This document shows, piece by piece, positions 15,001 through 30,000 of a stretch of 64,000 nucleotides of DNA. Position 1 is the stretch's first letter; every line of letters begins with the position of its first letter. This DNA comes from Nemertoderma westbladi (taxonomy: Eukaryota > Animalia > Xenacoelomorpha). Below the pieces are notes generated by a model. It made no database searches. It had not been told where the DNA came from and saw only the letters and a program-made list of their open reading frames with translations. The stretch lies in NCBI GenBank assembly GCA_032718475.1, contig JAUCBJ010001598.1, positions 62,001 to 126,000 on the forward strand. Reading direction: 5' to 3'. Both the position numbers and the translations under genes were made by a program.

Positions 15001-18000
15001 TTCCCAGGTACCCCGTTGAGTCTGTACTATTCTACGTTAGCATTTGTTTCCCAGACACCCCGTTGAGTCTGTACTATTCTACGCTATCATTTGTTTCCCA
15101 GGCACCTCGTTAAGTCTGTACTATTATACGCTATCATTTGTTTCCCAGGCACCCTGTTGAGTCTGTCGGTACTATTCTACGCTATCATTTGTTTCCCAGG
15201 CACCCCGTTGAGTCTGTACTATTCTACGCTATCATTTGTTTCCCAGGCACCCCGTTGAGTCTGTACTATTCTACGCTATCATTTGTTTCCCAGGCACCCC
15301 GTTGAGTCTGTACTATTCTACGCTATCATTTGTTTCCCAGGCACCCCGTTGAGTCTGTACTATTCTACGCTATCATTTGTTTCCCATGCACCCCGTTGAG
15401 TCTACTATTCTACGCTATCCTTTGTTTCCCAGGCACCCCGTTGAGTCTACTATTCTACGCTATCATTTGTTTCCCATGCACCCCGTTGAGTCTACTATTC
15501 TACGCTATCATTTGTTTCCCAGACACCCCGTTGAGTCTGTACTATTCTACGCTATCATTTGTTTCCCAGGCACCCCGTTGAGTCTGTCTGTACTATTCTA
15601 CGCTATCATTTGTTTCCCAGGCACCTCGTTGAGTCTGTCTGTACTATTCTACGCTATATCATTTGTTTCCCAGGCACCCTGTTGAGTCTACTATTCTACG
15701 CTAGCATTTGTTTCCCAGGCACCCCGTTGAGTCTGTACTATTCTACGTTATCATTTTTTTCCCAGGCACCCTGTTGAGTCTGTCTGTACTATTCTACGCT
15801 ACCATTTGTTTCCCAGGCACCCCGTTGAGTCTGTACTATTCTACGCTATCATTTGTTTCCCAGGCACCCCGTTGAGTCTGTACTATTCTACGTTAGCATT
15901 TGTTTCCCAGACACCCCGTTGATTCTGTACTATTCTACGCTATCATTTGTTTCCCAGGCACCCTGTTGAGTCTACTATTCTACGCTATCATTTGTTTCCC
16001 AGGCACGCCGTTGAGTCTACTATTCTACGCTATCATTTGTTTCCCAGGCACTCCGTTGAGTCTGTACTATTCTACGCTATCATTTGTTTCCCAGGCACCC
16101 CGTTGAGTCTACTATTCTACGCTATCATTTGTTTCCCAGGCACTCCGTTGAGTCTGTACTATTCTACGCTATCATTTGTTTCCCATGCACCCCGTTGAGT
16201 CTACTATTCTACGCTATCCTTTGTTTCCCAGACACCCCGTTGAGTCTGTACTATTCTACGCTATCATTTGTTTCCCATGCACCCCGTTGAGTCTACTATT
16301 CTACGCTATCATTTGTTTCCCAGACACCCCGTTAAGTCTGTACTATTATACGCTATCATTTGTTTCCCAGGCACCCTGTGGAGTCTGTCGGTACTATTCT
16401 ACGCTATCATTTGTTTCCCAGGCACCCCGTTGAGTCTACTATTCTACATTATCATTTGTTTCCCAGGCACCCCGTTGAGTCTGTACTATTCTACGCTATC
16501 CTTTGTTTCCCAGACACCCCGTTGAGTCTGTACTATTCTACGCTATCATTTGTTTCCCATGCACCCCGTTGAGTCTACTATTCTACGCTATCATTTGTTT
16601 CCCAGGCACTCCGTTGAGTCTGTACTATTCTACGCTATCATTTGTTTCCCATGCACCCCGTTGAGTCTACTATTCTACGCTATCCTTTGTTTCCCAGACA
16701 CCCCGTTGAGTCTGTACTATTCTACGCTATCATTTGTTTCCCATGCACCCCGTTGAGTCTACTATTCTACGCTATCATTTGTTTCCCAGGCACTCCGTTG
16801 AGTCTGTACTATTCTACGCTATCATTTGTTTCCCATGCACCCCGTTGAGTCTACTATTCTACGCTATCCTTTGTTTCCCAGACACCCCGTTGAGTCTGTA
16901 CTATTCTACGCTATCATTTGTTTCCCATGCACCCCGTTGAGTCTACTATTCTACGCTATCATTTGTTTCCCAGGCACTCCGTTGAGTCTGTACTATTCTA
17001 CGCTGTCATTTGTTTCCCAAGCACCCCGTTGAGTCTACTATTCTACATTATCATTTGTTTCCCAGGCACGCCGTTGAGTCTGTACTATTCTACGCTATCA
17101 TTTGTTTCCCAGGCACCCCGTTGAGTCTACTATTCTACGTTATCATTTGTTTCCCAGGCACCCCGTTGAGTCTGTCTGTACTATTCTACGCTATCATTTG
17201 TTTCCCAGGCACTCCGTTGAGTCTGTACTATTCTACGCTGTCATTTGTTTCCCAGGCACCCTGTTGAGTCTGTCTGTACTATTCTACGCTATCATTTGTT
17301 TCCCAGGTACCCCGTTGAGTCTGTACTATTCTACGCTATCATTTGTTTCCCAGGCACTCCGTTGCGTCTACTATTCTACGCTATCATTTGTTTCCCAGGC
17401 ACTCCGTTGAGTCGGTACTATTCTACGCTATCATTTGTTTCCCAGGCACCCCGTTGAGTCTGTACTATTCTACGCTATCATTTGTTTCCCAGGCACCCCG
17501 TTGAGTCTGTACTATTCTACGCTATCATTTGTTTCCCAGGCACCCTGTTGAGTCTGTCTGTACTATTCTACGCTACCATTTGTTTCCCAGGTACCCCGTT
17601 GAGTCTGTACTATTCTACGCTATCATTTGTTTCCCAGGCACCCCGTTGAGTCTACTATTCTACTCTACCATTTGTTTCCCAGGCACCCCGTTGCGTCTAC
17701 TATTCTACGCTATCATTTGTTTCCCAGGCACCCTGTTGAGTCTGTACTATTCTACGCTATCATTTGTTTCCCAGACACCCCGTTGAGTCTGTACTATTCT
17801 ACGCTATCATTTGTTTCCCAGGCACCCCGTTGAGTCTGTACTATTCTACGCTATCATTTGTTTCCCAGGCACCCCGTTGCGTCTACTATTCTACGCTATC
17901 ATTTGTTTCCCAGGCACCTCGTTGAGTCTGTACTATTCTACGCTATCATTTGTTTCCCAGACACCCCGTTGAGTCTGTACTATTCTACGCTATCATTTGT

Positions 18001-21000
18001 TTCCCAGGCACCCCGTTGAGTCTACTATTCTACGCTATCATTTGTTTCCCAGGCACCCCGTTGAGTCTGTACTATTCTACGCTATCATTTGTTTCCCAGG
18101 CACCCTGTTGAGTCTGTACTATTCTACGTTATCATTTTTTTCCCAGGCACCCTGTTGAGTCTGTCTGTACTATTCTACGCTACCATTTGTTTCCCAGGCA
18201 CCCCGTTGAGTCTGTACTATTCTACGCTATCATTTGTTTCCCAGGCACCCTGTTGAGTCTGTACTATTCTACGTTATCATTTTTTTCCCAGGCACCCTGT
18301 TGAGTCTGTCTGTACTATTCTACGCTACCATTTGTTTCCCAGGCACCCCGTTGAGTCTGTACTATTCTACGCTATCATTTGTTTCCCAGGTACCCCGTTG
18401 AGTCTGTACTATTCTACGTTAGCATTTGTTTCCCAGACACCCCGTTGAGTCTGTACTATTCTACGCTATCATTTGTTTCCCAGGCACCCCGTTGAGTCTG
18501 TACTATTCTACGCTATCATTTGTTTCCCAGGCACCCCGTTGAGTCTACAATTCTACGCTATCATTTGTTTCCCAGGCACCCCGTTGAGTCTGTACTATTC
18601 TACATTATCATTTGTTTCCCAGGCACCCCGTTGAGTCTGTACTATTCTACGCTATCATTTGTTTCCCAGGCACCCTGTTGAGTCTGTACTATTCTACGTT
18701 ATCATTTTTTTCCCAGGCACCCTGTTGAGTCTGTCTGTACTATTCTACGCTACCATTTGTTTCCCAGGCACCCCGTTGAGTCTGTACTATTCTACGCTAT
18801 CATTTGTTTCCCAGGCACCCTGTTGAGTCTGTACTATTCTACGTTATCATTTTTTTCCCAGGCACCCTGTTGAGTCTGTCTGTACTATTCTACGCTACCA
18901 TTTGTTTCCCAGGCACCCCGTTGAGTCTGTACTATTCTACGCTATCATTTGTTTCCCAGGTACCCCGTTGAGTCTGTACTATTCTACGTTAGCATTTGTT
19001 TCCCAGACACCCCGTTGAGTCTGTACTATTCTACGCTATCATTTGTTTCCCAGGCACCTCGTTAAGTCTGTACTATTATACGCTATCATTTGTTTCCCAG
19101 GCACCCTGTTGAGTCTGTCGGTACTATTCTACGCTATCATTTGTTTCCCAGGCACCCCGTTGAGTCTGTACTATTCTACGCTATCATTTGTTTCCCAGGC
19201 ACCCCGTTGAGTCTGTACTATTCTACGCTATCATTTGTTTCCCAGGCACCTCGTTAAGTCTGTACTATTATACGCTATCATTTGTTTCCCAGGCACCCTG
19301 TTGAGTCTGTCGGTACTATTCTACGCTATCATTTGTTTCCCAGGCACCCCGTTGAGTCTGTACTATTCTACGCTATCATTTGTTTCCCAGGCACCCCGTT
19401 GAGTCTGTACTATTCTACGCTATCATTTGTTTCCCAGGCACCCCGTTGAGTCTGTCTGTACTATTCTACGCTATCATTTGTTTCCCAGGCACCTCGTTGA
19501 GTCTGTACTATTCTACGCTATCATTTGTTTCCCAGGCACCTCGTTGAGTCTGTCTGTACTATTCTACGCTATATCATTTGTTTCCCAGGCACCCTGTTGA
19601 GTCTACTATTCTACGCTAGCATTTGTTTCCCAGGCACCCCGTTGAGTCTGTACTATTCTACGTTATCATTTTTTTCCCAGGCACCCTGTTGAGTCTGTCT
19701 GTACTATTCTACGCTACCATTTGTTTCCCAGGCACCCCGTTGAGTCTGTACTATTCTACGCTATCATTTGTTTCCCAGGCACCCCGTTGAGTCTGTACTA
19801 TTCTACGCTATCATTTGTTTCCCAGGCACCCCGTTGAGTCTGTACTATTCTACGCTATCATTTGTTTCCCAGGCACCTCGTTGAGTCTGTACTATTCTAC
19901 GCTATCATTTGTTTCCCAGGCACCTCGTTGAGTCTGTCTGTACTATTCTACGCTATATCATTTGTTTCCCAGGCACCCTGTTGAGTCTACTATTCTACGC
20001 TAGCATTTGTTTCCCAGGCACCCCGTTGAGTCTGTACTATTCTACGTTATCATTTTTTTCCCAGGCACCCTGTTGAGTCTGTCTGTACTATTCTACGCTA
20101 CCATTTGTTTCCCAGGCACCCCGTTGAGTCTGTACTATTCTACGCTATCATTTGTTTCCCAGGCACCCCGTTGAGTCTGTACTATTCTACGTTAGCATTT
20201 GTTTCCCAGACACCCCGTTGAGTCTGTACTATTCTACGCTATCATTTGTTTCCCAGGCACCTCGTTAAGTCTGTACTATTATACGCTATCATTTGTTTCC
20301 CAGGCACCCTGTGGAGTCTGTCGGTACTATTCTACGCTATCATTTGTTTCCCATGCACCCCGTTGAGTCTACTATTCTACATTATCATTTGTTTCCCAGG
20401 CACCCCGTTGAGTCTGTACTATTCTACGCTATCCTTTGTTTCCCAGACACCCCGTTGAGTCTGTACTATTCTACGCTATCATTTGTTTCCCATGCACCCC
20501 GTTGAGTCTACTATTCTACGCTATCATTTGTTTCCCAGGCACTCCGTTGAGTCTGTACTATTCTACGCTGTCATTTGTTTCCCAGGCACGCCGTTGAGTC
20601 TGTACTATTCTACGCTATCATTTGTTTCCCAGGCACCCCGTTGAGTCTGTACTATTCTACGCTATCATTTGTTTCCCAGACACCCCGTTGAGTCTGTACT
20701 ATTCTACGCTATCATTTGTTTCCCAGGCACCCCGTTGAGTCTACTATTCTACGCTATCATTTGTTTCCCAGACACCCCGTTGAGTCTGTACTATTCTACG
20801 CTATCATTTGTTTCCCAGGCACCCTGTTGAGTCTGTCTGTACTATTCTACGCTACCATTTGTTTCCCAGGTACCCCGTTGAGTCTGTACTATTCTACGCT
20901 ATCATTTGTTTCCCAGGCACTCCGTTGCGTCTACTATTCTACGCTATCATTTGTTTCCCAGGCACTCTGTTGAGTCTGTACTATTCTACGCTATCATTTG

Positions 21001-24000
21001 TTTCCCAGACACCCCGTTGAGTCTGTACTATTCTACGCTATCATTTGTTTCCCAGGCACCCCGTTGAGTCTGTAGTATTCTACGCTATCATTTGTTTCCC
21101 AGACACCCCGTTGAGTCTGTACTATTATACGCTATCATTTGTTTCCCAGGCACCCTGTTGAGTCTACTATTCTACGCTATCATTTGTTTCCCAGGCACCC
21201 CGTTGAGTCTGTACTATTCTACATTATCATTTGTTTCCCAGGCACCCCGTTGAGTCTGTACTATTCTACGCTATCATTTGTTTCCCAGGCACCCTGTTGA
21301 GTCTGTACTATTCTACGTTATCATTTTTTTCCCAGGCACCCTGTTGAGTCTGTCTGTACTATTCTACGCTACCATTTGTTTCCCAGGCACCCCGTTGAGT
21401 CTGTACTATTCTACGCTATCATTTGTTTCCCAGGCACCCCGTTGAGTCTGTACTATTCTACGCTATCATTTGTTTCCCAGGTACTCCGTTGAGTCTGTAC
21501 TATTCTACGTTAGCATTTGTTTCCCAGACACCCCGTTGAGTCTGTACTATTCTACGCTATCATTTGTTTCCCAGGTACTCCGTTGAGTCTGTACTATTCT
21601 ACGTTAGCATTTGTTTCCCAGACACCCCGTTGAGTCTGTACTATTCTACGCTACCATTTGTTTCCCAGGCACCCCGTTGAGTCTGTACTATTCTACGCTA
21701 TCATTTGTTTCCCAGGCACCCCGTTGAGTCTGTACTATTCTACGCTTCCCATGCACCCCGTTGAGTCTACTATTCTACGCTACCATTTGTTTCCCAGGCA
21801 CTCCGTTGCGTCTACTATTCTACGCTATCATTTGTTTCCCAGGCACCCCGTTGAGTCTGTACTATTCTACGCTATCATTTGTTTCCCAGGTACTCCGTTG
21901 AGTCTGTACTATTCTACGTTAGCATTTGTTTCCCAGACACCCCGTTGAGTCTGTACTATTCTACGCTATCATTTGTTTCCCAGGCACCCCGTTGAGTCTG
22001 TACTATTCTACGCTATCATTTGTTTCCCAGGTACTCCGTTGAGTCTGTACTATTCTACGCTACCATTTGTTTCCCAGGCACCCCGTTGAGTCTGTACTAT
22101 TCTACGCTATCATTTGTTTCTCAGGCACCCCGTTGAGTCTGTACTATTCTACGTTAGCATTTGTTTCCCAGGCACCCCGTTGAGTCTGTACTATTCTACG
22201 CTATCATTTGTTTCCCAGGCACCCCGTTGAGTCTGTACTATTCTACGCTATCATTTGTTTCCCAGGCACCTCGTTGAGTCTGTCTGTACTATTCTACGCT
22301 ATCATTTGTTTCCCAGGCACCCCGTTGAGTCTGTCTGTACTATTCTACGCTATCATTTGTTTCCCAGGCACCCCGTTGAGTCTGTACTATTCTACGCTAT
22401 CATTTGTTTCCCAGGCACCCCGTTGAGTCTGTCTGTACTATTCTACGCTATCATTTGTTTCCCAGGCACCCCGTTGAGTCTGTCTGTACTATTCTACGCT
22501 ATCATTTGTTTCCCAGGCACCCCGTTGAGTCTGTACTATTCTACGCTATCATTTGTTTCCCAGGCACCTCGTTGAGTCTGTCTGTACTATTCTACGCTAT
22601 ATCATTTGTTTCCCAGGCACCCTGTTGAGTCTACTATTCTACGCTAGCATTTGTTTCCCAGGCACCCCGTTGAGTCTGTACTATTCTACGTTATCATTTT
22701 TTTCCCAGGCACCCTGTTTAGTCTGTCTGTACTATTCTACGCTACCATTTGTTTCCCAGGCACCCCGTTGAGTCTGTACTATTCTACGCTATCATTTGTT
22801 TCCCAGGCACCCCGTTGAGTCTGTACTATTCTACGTTAGCATTTGTTTCCCAGACACCCCGTTGAGTCTGTACTATTCTACGCTATCATTTGTTTCCCAG
22901 GCACCTCGTTAAGTCTGTACTATTATACGCTATCATTTGTTTCCCAGGCACCCTGTGGAGTCTGTCGGTACTATTCTACGCTATCATTTGTTTCCCAGGC
23001 ACCCCGTTGAGTCTGTACTATTATACGCTATCATTTGTTTCCCAGGTACTCCGTTGAGTCTGTACTATTCTACGCTATCATTTGTTTCCCAGGCACCTCG
23101 TTAAGTCTGTACTATTATACGCTATCATTTGTTTCCCAGGCACCTCGTTAAGTCTGTACTATTATACGCTATCATTTGTTTCCCAGGCACCTCGTTAAGT
23201 CTGTACTATTATACGCTATCATTTGTTTCCCAGGCACCTCGTTAAGTCTGTACTATTATACGCTATCATTTGTTTCCCAGGCACCTCGTTAAGTCTGTAC
23301 TATTATACGCTATCATTTGTTTCCCAGGCACCCTGTGGAGTCTGTCGGTACTATTCTACGCTATCATTTGTTTCCCAGGCACCCCGTTGAGTCTGTACTA
23401 TTATACGCTATCATTTGTTTCCCAGGTACTCCGTTGAGTCTGTACTATTCTACGCTATCATTTGTTTCCCAGGCACCCCGTTGAGTCTGTACTATTCTAC
23501 GCTATCATTTGTTTCCCAGACACCCCGTTGCGTCTACTATTCTACGCTATCATTTGTTTCCCAGGCACCCCGTTGAGTCTGTACTATTCTACGCTATCAT
23601 TTGTTTCCCAGACACCCCGTTGCGTCTACTATTCTACGCTATCATTTGTTTCCCAGGCACCCCGTTGAGTCTGTCTGTACTATTCTACGCTATCATTTGT
23701 TTCCCAGGCACCCCGTTGAGTCTGTCTGTACTATTCTACGCTATCATTTGTTTCCCAGGCACCCCGTTGAGTCTGTACTATTCTACGCTATCATTTGTTT
23801 CCCAGGCACCCCGTTGAGTCTGTACTATTCTACGCTATCATTTGTTTCCCAGGCACCCCGTTGAGTCTGTCTGTACTATTCTACGCTATCATTTGTTTCC
23901 CAGGCACCCCGTTGAGTCTGTACTATTCTACGCTATCATTTGTTTCCCAGGCACCCCGTTGAGTCTACTATTCTACGCTATCATTTGTTTCCCAGACACC

Positions 24001-27000
24001 CCGTTGAGTCTGTACTATTCTACGCTAGCATTTGTTTCCCAGGCACCCCGTTGAGTCTACTATTCTACGCTATCATTTGTTTCCCGCAGGCACCCCGTTG
24101 AATCTGTACTATTCTACGCTATCATTTGTTTCCCAGGCACCCCGTTGAGTCTGTACTATTCTACGCTATCATTTGTTTCCCAGGCACCCCGTTGAGTCTG
24201 TACTATTCTACGCTATCATTTGTTTCCCAGACACCCCGTTGAGTCTGTACTATTCTACGCTATCATTTGTTTCCCAGACACCCCGTTGAGTCTGTACTAT
24301 TCTACGCTATCATTTGTTTCCCAGGCACCCCGTTGAGTCTGTACTATTCTACGCTATCATTTGTTTCCCAGACACCCCGTTGAGTCTGTACTATTCTACG
24401 CTATCATTTGTTTCCCAGGCACCCCGTTGAGTCTGTACTATTCTACGCTACCATTTGTTTCTCAGGCACCCCGTTGAGTCTGTACTATTCTACGCTATCA
24501 TTTGTTTCCCAGGCACCCCGTTGAGTCTGTACTATTCTACGCTATCATTTGTTTCCCAGGCACTCCGTTGCGTCTACTATTCTACGCTATCATTTGTTTC
24601 CCAGGCACCCCGTTGAGTCTGTACTATTCTACGCTATCATTTGTTTCCCAGGCACCCCGTTGAGTCTGTACTATTCTACGCTATCATTTGTTTCCCAGGC
24701 ACCCCGTTGAGTCTGTACTATTCTACGCTATCATTTGTTTCCCAGGCACCCCGTTGAGTCTGTACTATTCTACGCTAGCATTTGTTTCCCAGGCACCTCG
24801 TTGAGTCTACTATTCTACGCTATCATTTGTTTCCCAGGTACCCCGTTGAGTCTGTACTATTCTACGCTATCATTTGTTTCCCAGGCACCCTGTTGAGTCT
24901 GTACTATTCTACGCTATCATTTGTTTCCCATGCACTCCGTTGAGTCTGTACTATTATACGCTATCATTTGTTTCCCAGGCACCCCGTTGAGTCTACTATT
25001 CTACGCTATCATTTGTTTCCCAGACACCCCGTTGAGTCTGTACTATTCTACATTATCATTTGTTTCCCAGGCACCCCGTTGAGTCTGTACTATTCTACGC
25101 TATCATTTGTTTCCCATGCACCCCGTTGAGTCTACTATTCTACGCTATCATTTGTTTCCCAAGCACCCCGTTGAGTCTACTATTCTACGCTATCATTTGT
25201 TTCCCAGGCACCCCGTTGAGTCTGTACTATTCTACGCTATCATTTGTTTCCCAGGCACCCCGTTGAGTCTACTATTCTACGCTATCATTTGTTTCCCAGG
25301 CACCCCGTTGAGTCTGTACTATTCTACGCTATCATTTGTTTCCCAGGCACCCCGTTGAGTCTGTACTATTCTACGCTATCATTTGTTTCCCAGGCACCCC
25401 GTTGCGTCTACTATTCTACGCTATCATTTGTTTCCCAGGCACCCCGTTGAGTCTACTATTCTACGCTATCATTTGTTTCCCAGGCACGCCGTTGAGTCTG
25501 TACTATTCTACATTATCATTTGTTTCCCAGGCACCCCGTTGCGTCTACTATTCTACGCTATCATTTGTTTCCCAGGCACGCCGTTGAGTCTGTACTATTC
25601 TACATTATCATTTTTTTCCCAGGCACCCTGTTGAGTCTGTCTGTACTATTCTACGCTATCATTTGTTTCCCAGGCACCCCGTTGAGTCTGTACTATTCTA
25701 CGCTAGCATTTGTTTCCCAGGCACCCTGTTGAGTCTGTCTGTACTATTCTACGCTATCATTTGTTTCCCAGGCACCCCGTTGAGTCTACTATTCTACGCT
25801 ATCATTTGTTTCCCAGGCACCCTGTTGAGTCTGTCGGTACTATTCTACGCTATCATTTGTTTCCCAGGCACCCCGTTGCATCTACTATTCTACGCTATCA
25901 TTTGTTTCCCAGGCACCCCGTTGAGTCTGTACTATTCTACGCTATCATTTGTTTCCCAGGCACCCCGTTGAGTCTACTATTCTACTCTACCATTTGTTTC
26001 TCAGGCACCCCGTTGAGTCTGTACTATTCTACGCTATCATTTGTTTCCCAGGCACCCCGTTGAGTCTGTACTATTCTACGCTATCATTTGTTTCCCAGAC
26101 ACCCCGTTGAGTCTGTACTATTCTACGCTAGCATTTGTTTCCCAGACACCCCGTTGAGTCTGTACTATTCTACGCTATCATTTGTTTCCCAGGCACCCCG
26201 TTGAGTCTGTACTATTCTACGCTATCATTTGTTTCCCAGGCACCCCGTTGAGTCTACTATTCTACGCTATCATTTGTTTCCCAGACACCCCGTTGAGTCT
26301 GTACTATTCTACGCTACCATTTGTTTCTCAGGCACCCCGTTGAGTCTGTACTATTCTACGCTATCATTTGTTTCCCAGGCACTCCGTTGCGTCTACTATT
26401 CTACGCTATCATTTGTTTCCCAGGCACCCCGTTGCGTCTGTACTATTCTTACGCTATCATTTGTTTCCCAGGCACCCCGTTGAGTCTACAATTCTACGCT
26501 ATCATTTGTTTCCCAGGCACCCCGTTGAGTCTGTACTATTCTACGCTAGCATTTGTTTCCCAGGCACCCCGTTGAGTCTGTACTATTCTACGCTATCATT
26601 TGTTTCCCAGGCACCCCGTTGAGTCTACTATTCTACGCTATCATTTGTTTCCCAGACACCCCGTTAAGTCTGTACTATTCTACGCTACCATTTGTTTCTC
26701 AGGCACGCCGTTGAGTCTGTACTATTCTACCCTATCATTTGTTTCCCAGGCACTCCGTTGCGTCTACTATTCTACGCTATCATTTGTTTCCCAGGCACCC
26801 CGTTGAGTCTGTACTATTCTACGCTATCATTTGTTTCCCAGGCACCCTGTTGAGTCTACTATTCTACGCTATCATTTGTTTCCCAGGCACCCCGTTGAGT
26901 CTGTACTATTCTACGCTATCATTTGTTTCCCATGCACCCCGTTGAGTCTACTATTCTACGCTATCATTTGTTTCCCATGCACCCCGTTGAGTCTACAATT

Positions 27001-30000
27001 CTACGCTATCATTTGTTTCCCATGCACCCCGTTGAGTCTACTATTCTACGCTATCATTTGTTTCCCAGGCACCCCGTTGAGTCTGTACTATTCTACGCTA
27101 TCATTTGTTTCCCATGCACCCCGTTGAGTCTACAATTCTACGCTATCATTTGTTTCCCATGCACCCCGTTGAGTCTACTATTCTACGCTATCATTTGTTT
27201 CCCATGCACCCCGTTGAGTCTACTATTCTACGCTATCATTTGTTTCCCATGCACCCCGTTGAGTCTACAATTCTACGCTATCATTTGTTTCCCATGCACC
27301 CCGTTGAGTCTACTATTCTACGCTATCATTTGTTTCCCAGGCACCCCGTTGAGTCTGTACTATTCTACGCTATCATTTGTTTCCCAGGCACCCCGTTGAG
27401 TCTACTATTCTACGCTATCATTTGTTTCCCAGGCACCCCGTTGAGTCTGTACTATTCTACGCTATCATTTGTTTCCCAGGCACCCCGTTGCGTCTACTAT
27501 TCTACGCTATCATTTGTTTCCCAGGCACCCCGTTGAGTCTGTACTATTCTACGCTATCATTTGTTTCCCAGGCACCCCGTTGCGTCTACTATTCTACGCT
27601 ATCATTTGTTTCCCAGGCACCCCGTTGAGTCTGTACTATTCTACGCTATCATTTGTTTCCCAGGCACCCCGTTGAGTCTACTATTCTACGCTATCATTTG
27701 TTTCCCAGGCACCCCGTTGAGTCTGTACTATTCTACGCTATCATTTGTTTCCCAGGCACCCCGTTGCGTCTACTATTCTACGCTATCATTTGTTTCCCAG
27801 GTACCCCGTTGAGTCTACTATTCTACGCTAGCATTTGTTTCCCAGGCACCCCGTTGAGTCTACTATTCTACTCTACCATTTGTTTCCCAGGCACCCCGTT
27901 GAGTCTACTATTCTACGCTATCATTTGTTTCCCATGCACCCCGTTGAGTCTACTATTCTACGCTAGCATTTGTTTCCCAGGCACCCCGTTGAGTCTACTA
28001 TTCTACTCTACCATTTGTTTCCCAGGCACCCCGTTGAGTCTGTACTATTCTACGCTAGCATTTGTTTCCCAGGCACCCCGTTGAGTCTACTATTCTACTC
28101 TACCATTTGTTTCTCAGGCACCCCGTTGAGTCTGTACTATTCTACGTTAGCATTTGTTTCCCAGACACCCCGTTGAGTCTGTACTATTCTACGCTAGCAT
28201 TTGTTTCCCAGGCACCCCGTTGAGTCTACTATTCTACTCTACCATTTGTTTCTCAGGCACCCCGTTGAGTCTGTACTATTCTACGTTAGCATTTGTTTCC
28301 CAGGCACCCCGTTGCGTCTACTATTCTACGCTATCATTTGTTTCCCAGGCACCCCGTTGAGTCTGTACTATTCTACGCTATCATTTGTTTCCCAGGCACC
28401 CCGTTGCGTCTACTATTCTACGCTATCATTTGTTTCCCAGGCACCCCGTTGAGTCTGTACTATTATACGCTATCATTTGTTTCCCAGGCACTCCGTTGCG
28501 TCTACTATTCTACGCTATCATTTGTTTCTCAGGCACCCCGTTGAGTCTGTCTGTACTATTCTACGCTACCATTTGTTTCCCAGGTACCCCGTTGAGTCTG
28601 TACTATTCTACGCTATCATTTGTTTCCCAGGCACGCCGTTGAGTCTGTACTATTCTACGCTATCATTTGTTTCCCAGGTACCCCGTTGAGTCTACTATTC
28701 TACGCTATCATTTGTTTCCCAGGCACCCCGTTGAGTCTGTACTATTCTACGCTATCATTTGTTTCCCATGTACCCCGTTGAGTCTACTATTCTACATTAT
28801 CATTTGTTTCCCAGACACCCCGTTGAGTCTGTACTATTCTACGCTATCATTTGTTTCCCAGGCACCTCGTTAAGTCTGTACTATTATACGCTATCATTTG
28901 TTTCCCAGGCACCCTGTTGAGTCTGTCGGTACTATTCTACGCTATCATTTGTTTCCCAGGCACCCCGTTGAGTCTGTACTATTCTACGCTATCATTTGTT
29001 TCCCAGGCACCCTGTGGAGTCTGTCGGTACTATTCTACGCTAGCATTTGTTTCCCAGGCACCCCGTTGAGTCTGTACTATTCTACGCTAGCATTTGTTTC
29101 CCAGGCACCCCGTTGAGTCTACTATTCTACGCTATCATTTGTTTCCCATGCACCCCGTTGAGTCTACTATTCTACGCTAGCATTTGTTTCCCAGGCACCC
29201 CGTTGAGTCTGTACTATTCTACGCTAGCATTTGTTTCCCAGGCACCCCGTTGAGTCTACTATTCTACGCTATCATTTGTTTCCCATGCACCCCGTTGAGT
29301 CTACTATTCTACGCTAGCATTTGTTTCCCAGGCACCCCGTTGAGTCTGTACTATTCTACGCTAGCATTTGTTTCCCAGGCACCCCGTTGAGTCTGTACTA
29401 TTTTACGCTAGCATTTGTTTCCCAGGCACCCCGTTGAGTCTGTACTATTCTACGCTATCATTTGTTTCCCAGGCACCCTGTGGAGTCTGTCGGTACTATT
29501 CTACGCTAGCATTTGTTTCCCAGGCACCCCGTTGAGTCTGTACTATTCTACGCTAGCATTTGTTTCCCAGGCACCCCGTTGAGTCTACTATTCTACGCTA
29601 TCATTTGTTTCCCATGCACCCCGTTGAGTCTACTATTCTACGCTAGCATTTGTTTCCCAGGCACCCCGTTGAGTCTGTACTATTCTACGCTATCATTTGT
29701 TTCCCAGGTACCCCGTTGAGTCTGTACTATTCTACGCTAGCATTTGTTTCCCAGGCACCCCGTTGAGTCTGTACTATTCTACGCTAGCATTTGTTTCCCA
29801 GGCACCTCGTTGAGTCTGTACTATTATACGCTAGCATTTGTTTCTCAGGCACCCTGTTGAGTCTACTATTCTACGCTATAATTTGTTTCCCAGGCACCCC
29901 GTTGAGTCTACTATTCTACGCTATCATTTGTTTCCCAGGCACGCCGTTGAGTCTGTACTATTCTACGCTATCATTTGTTTCCCATGCACTCCGTTGAGTC

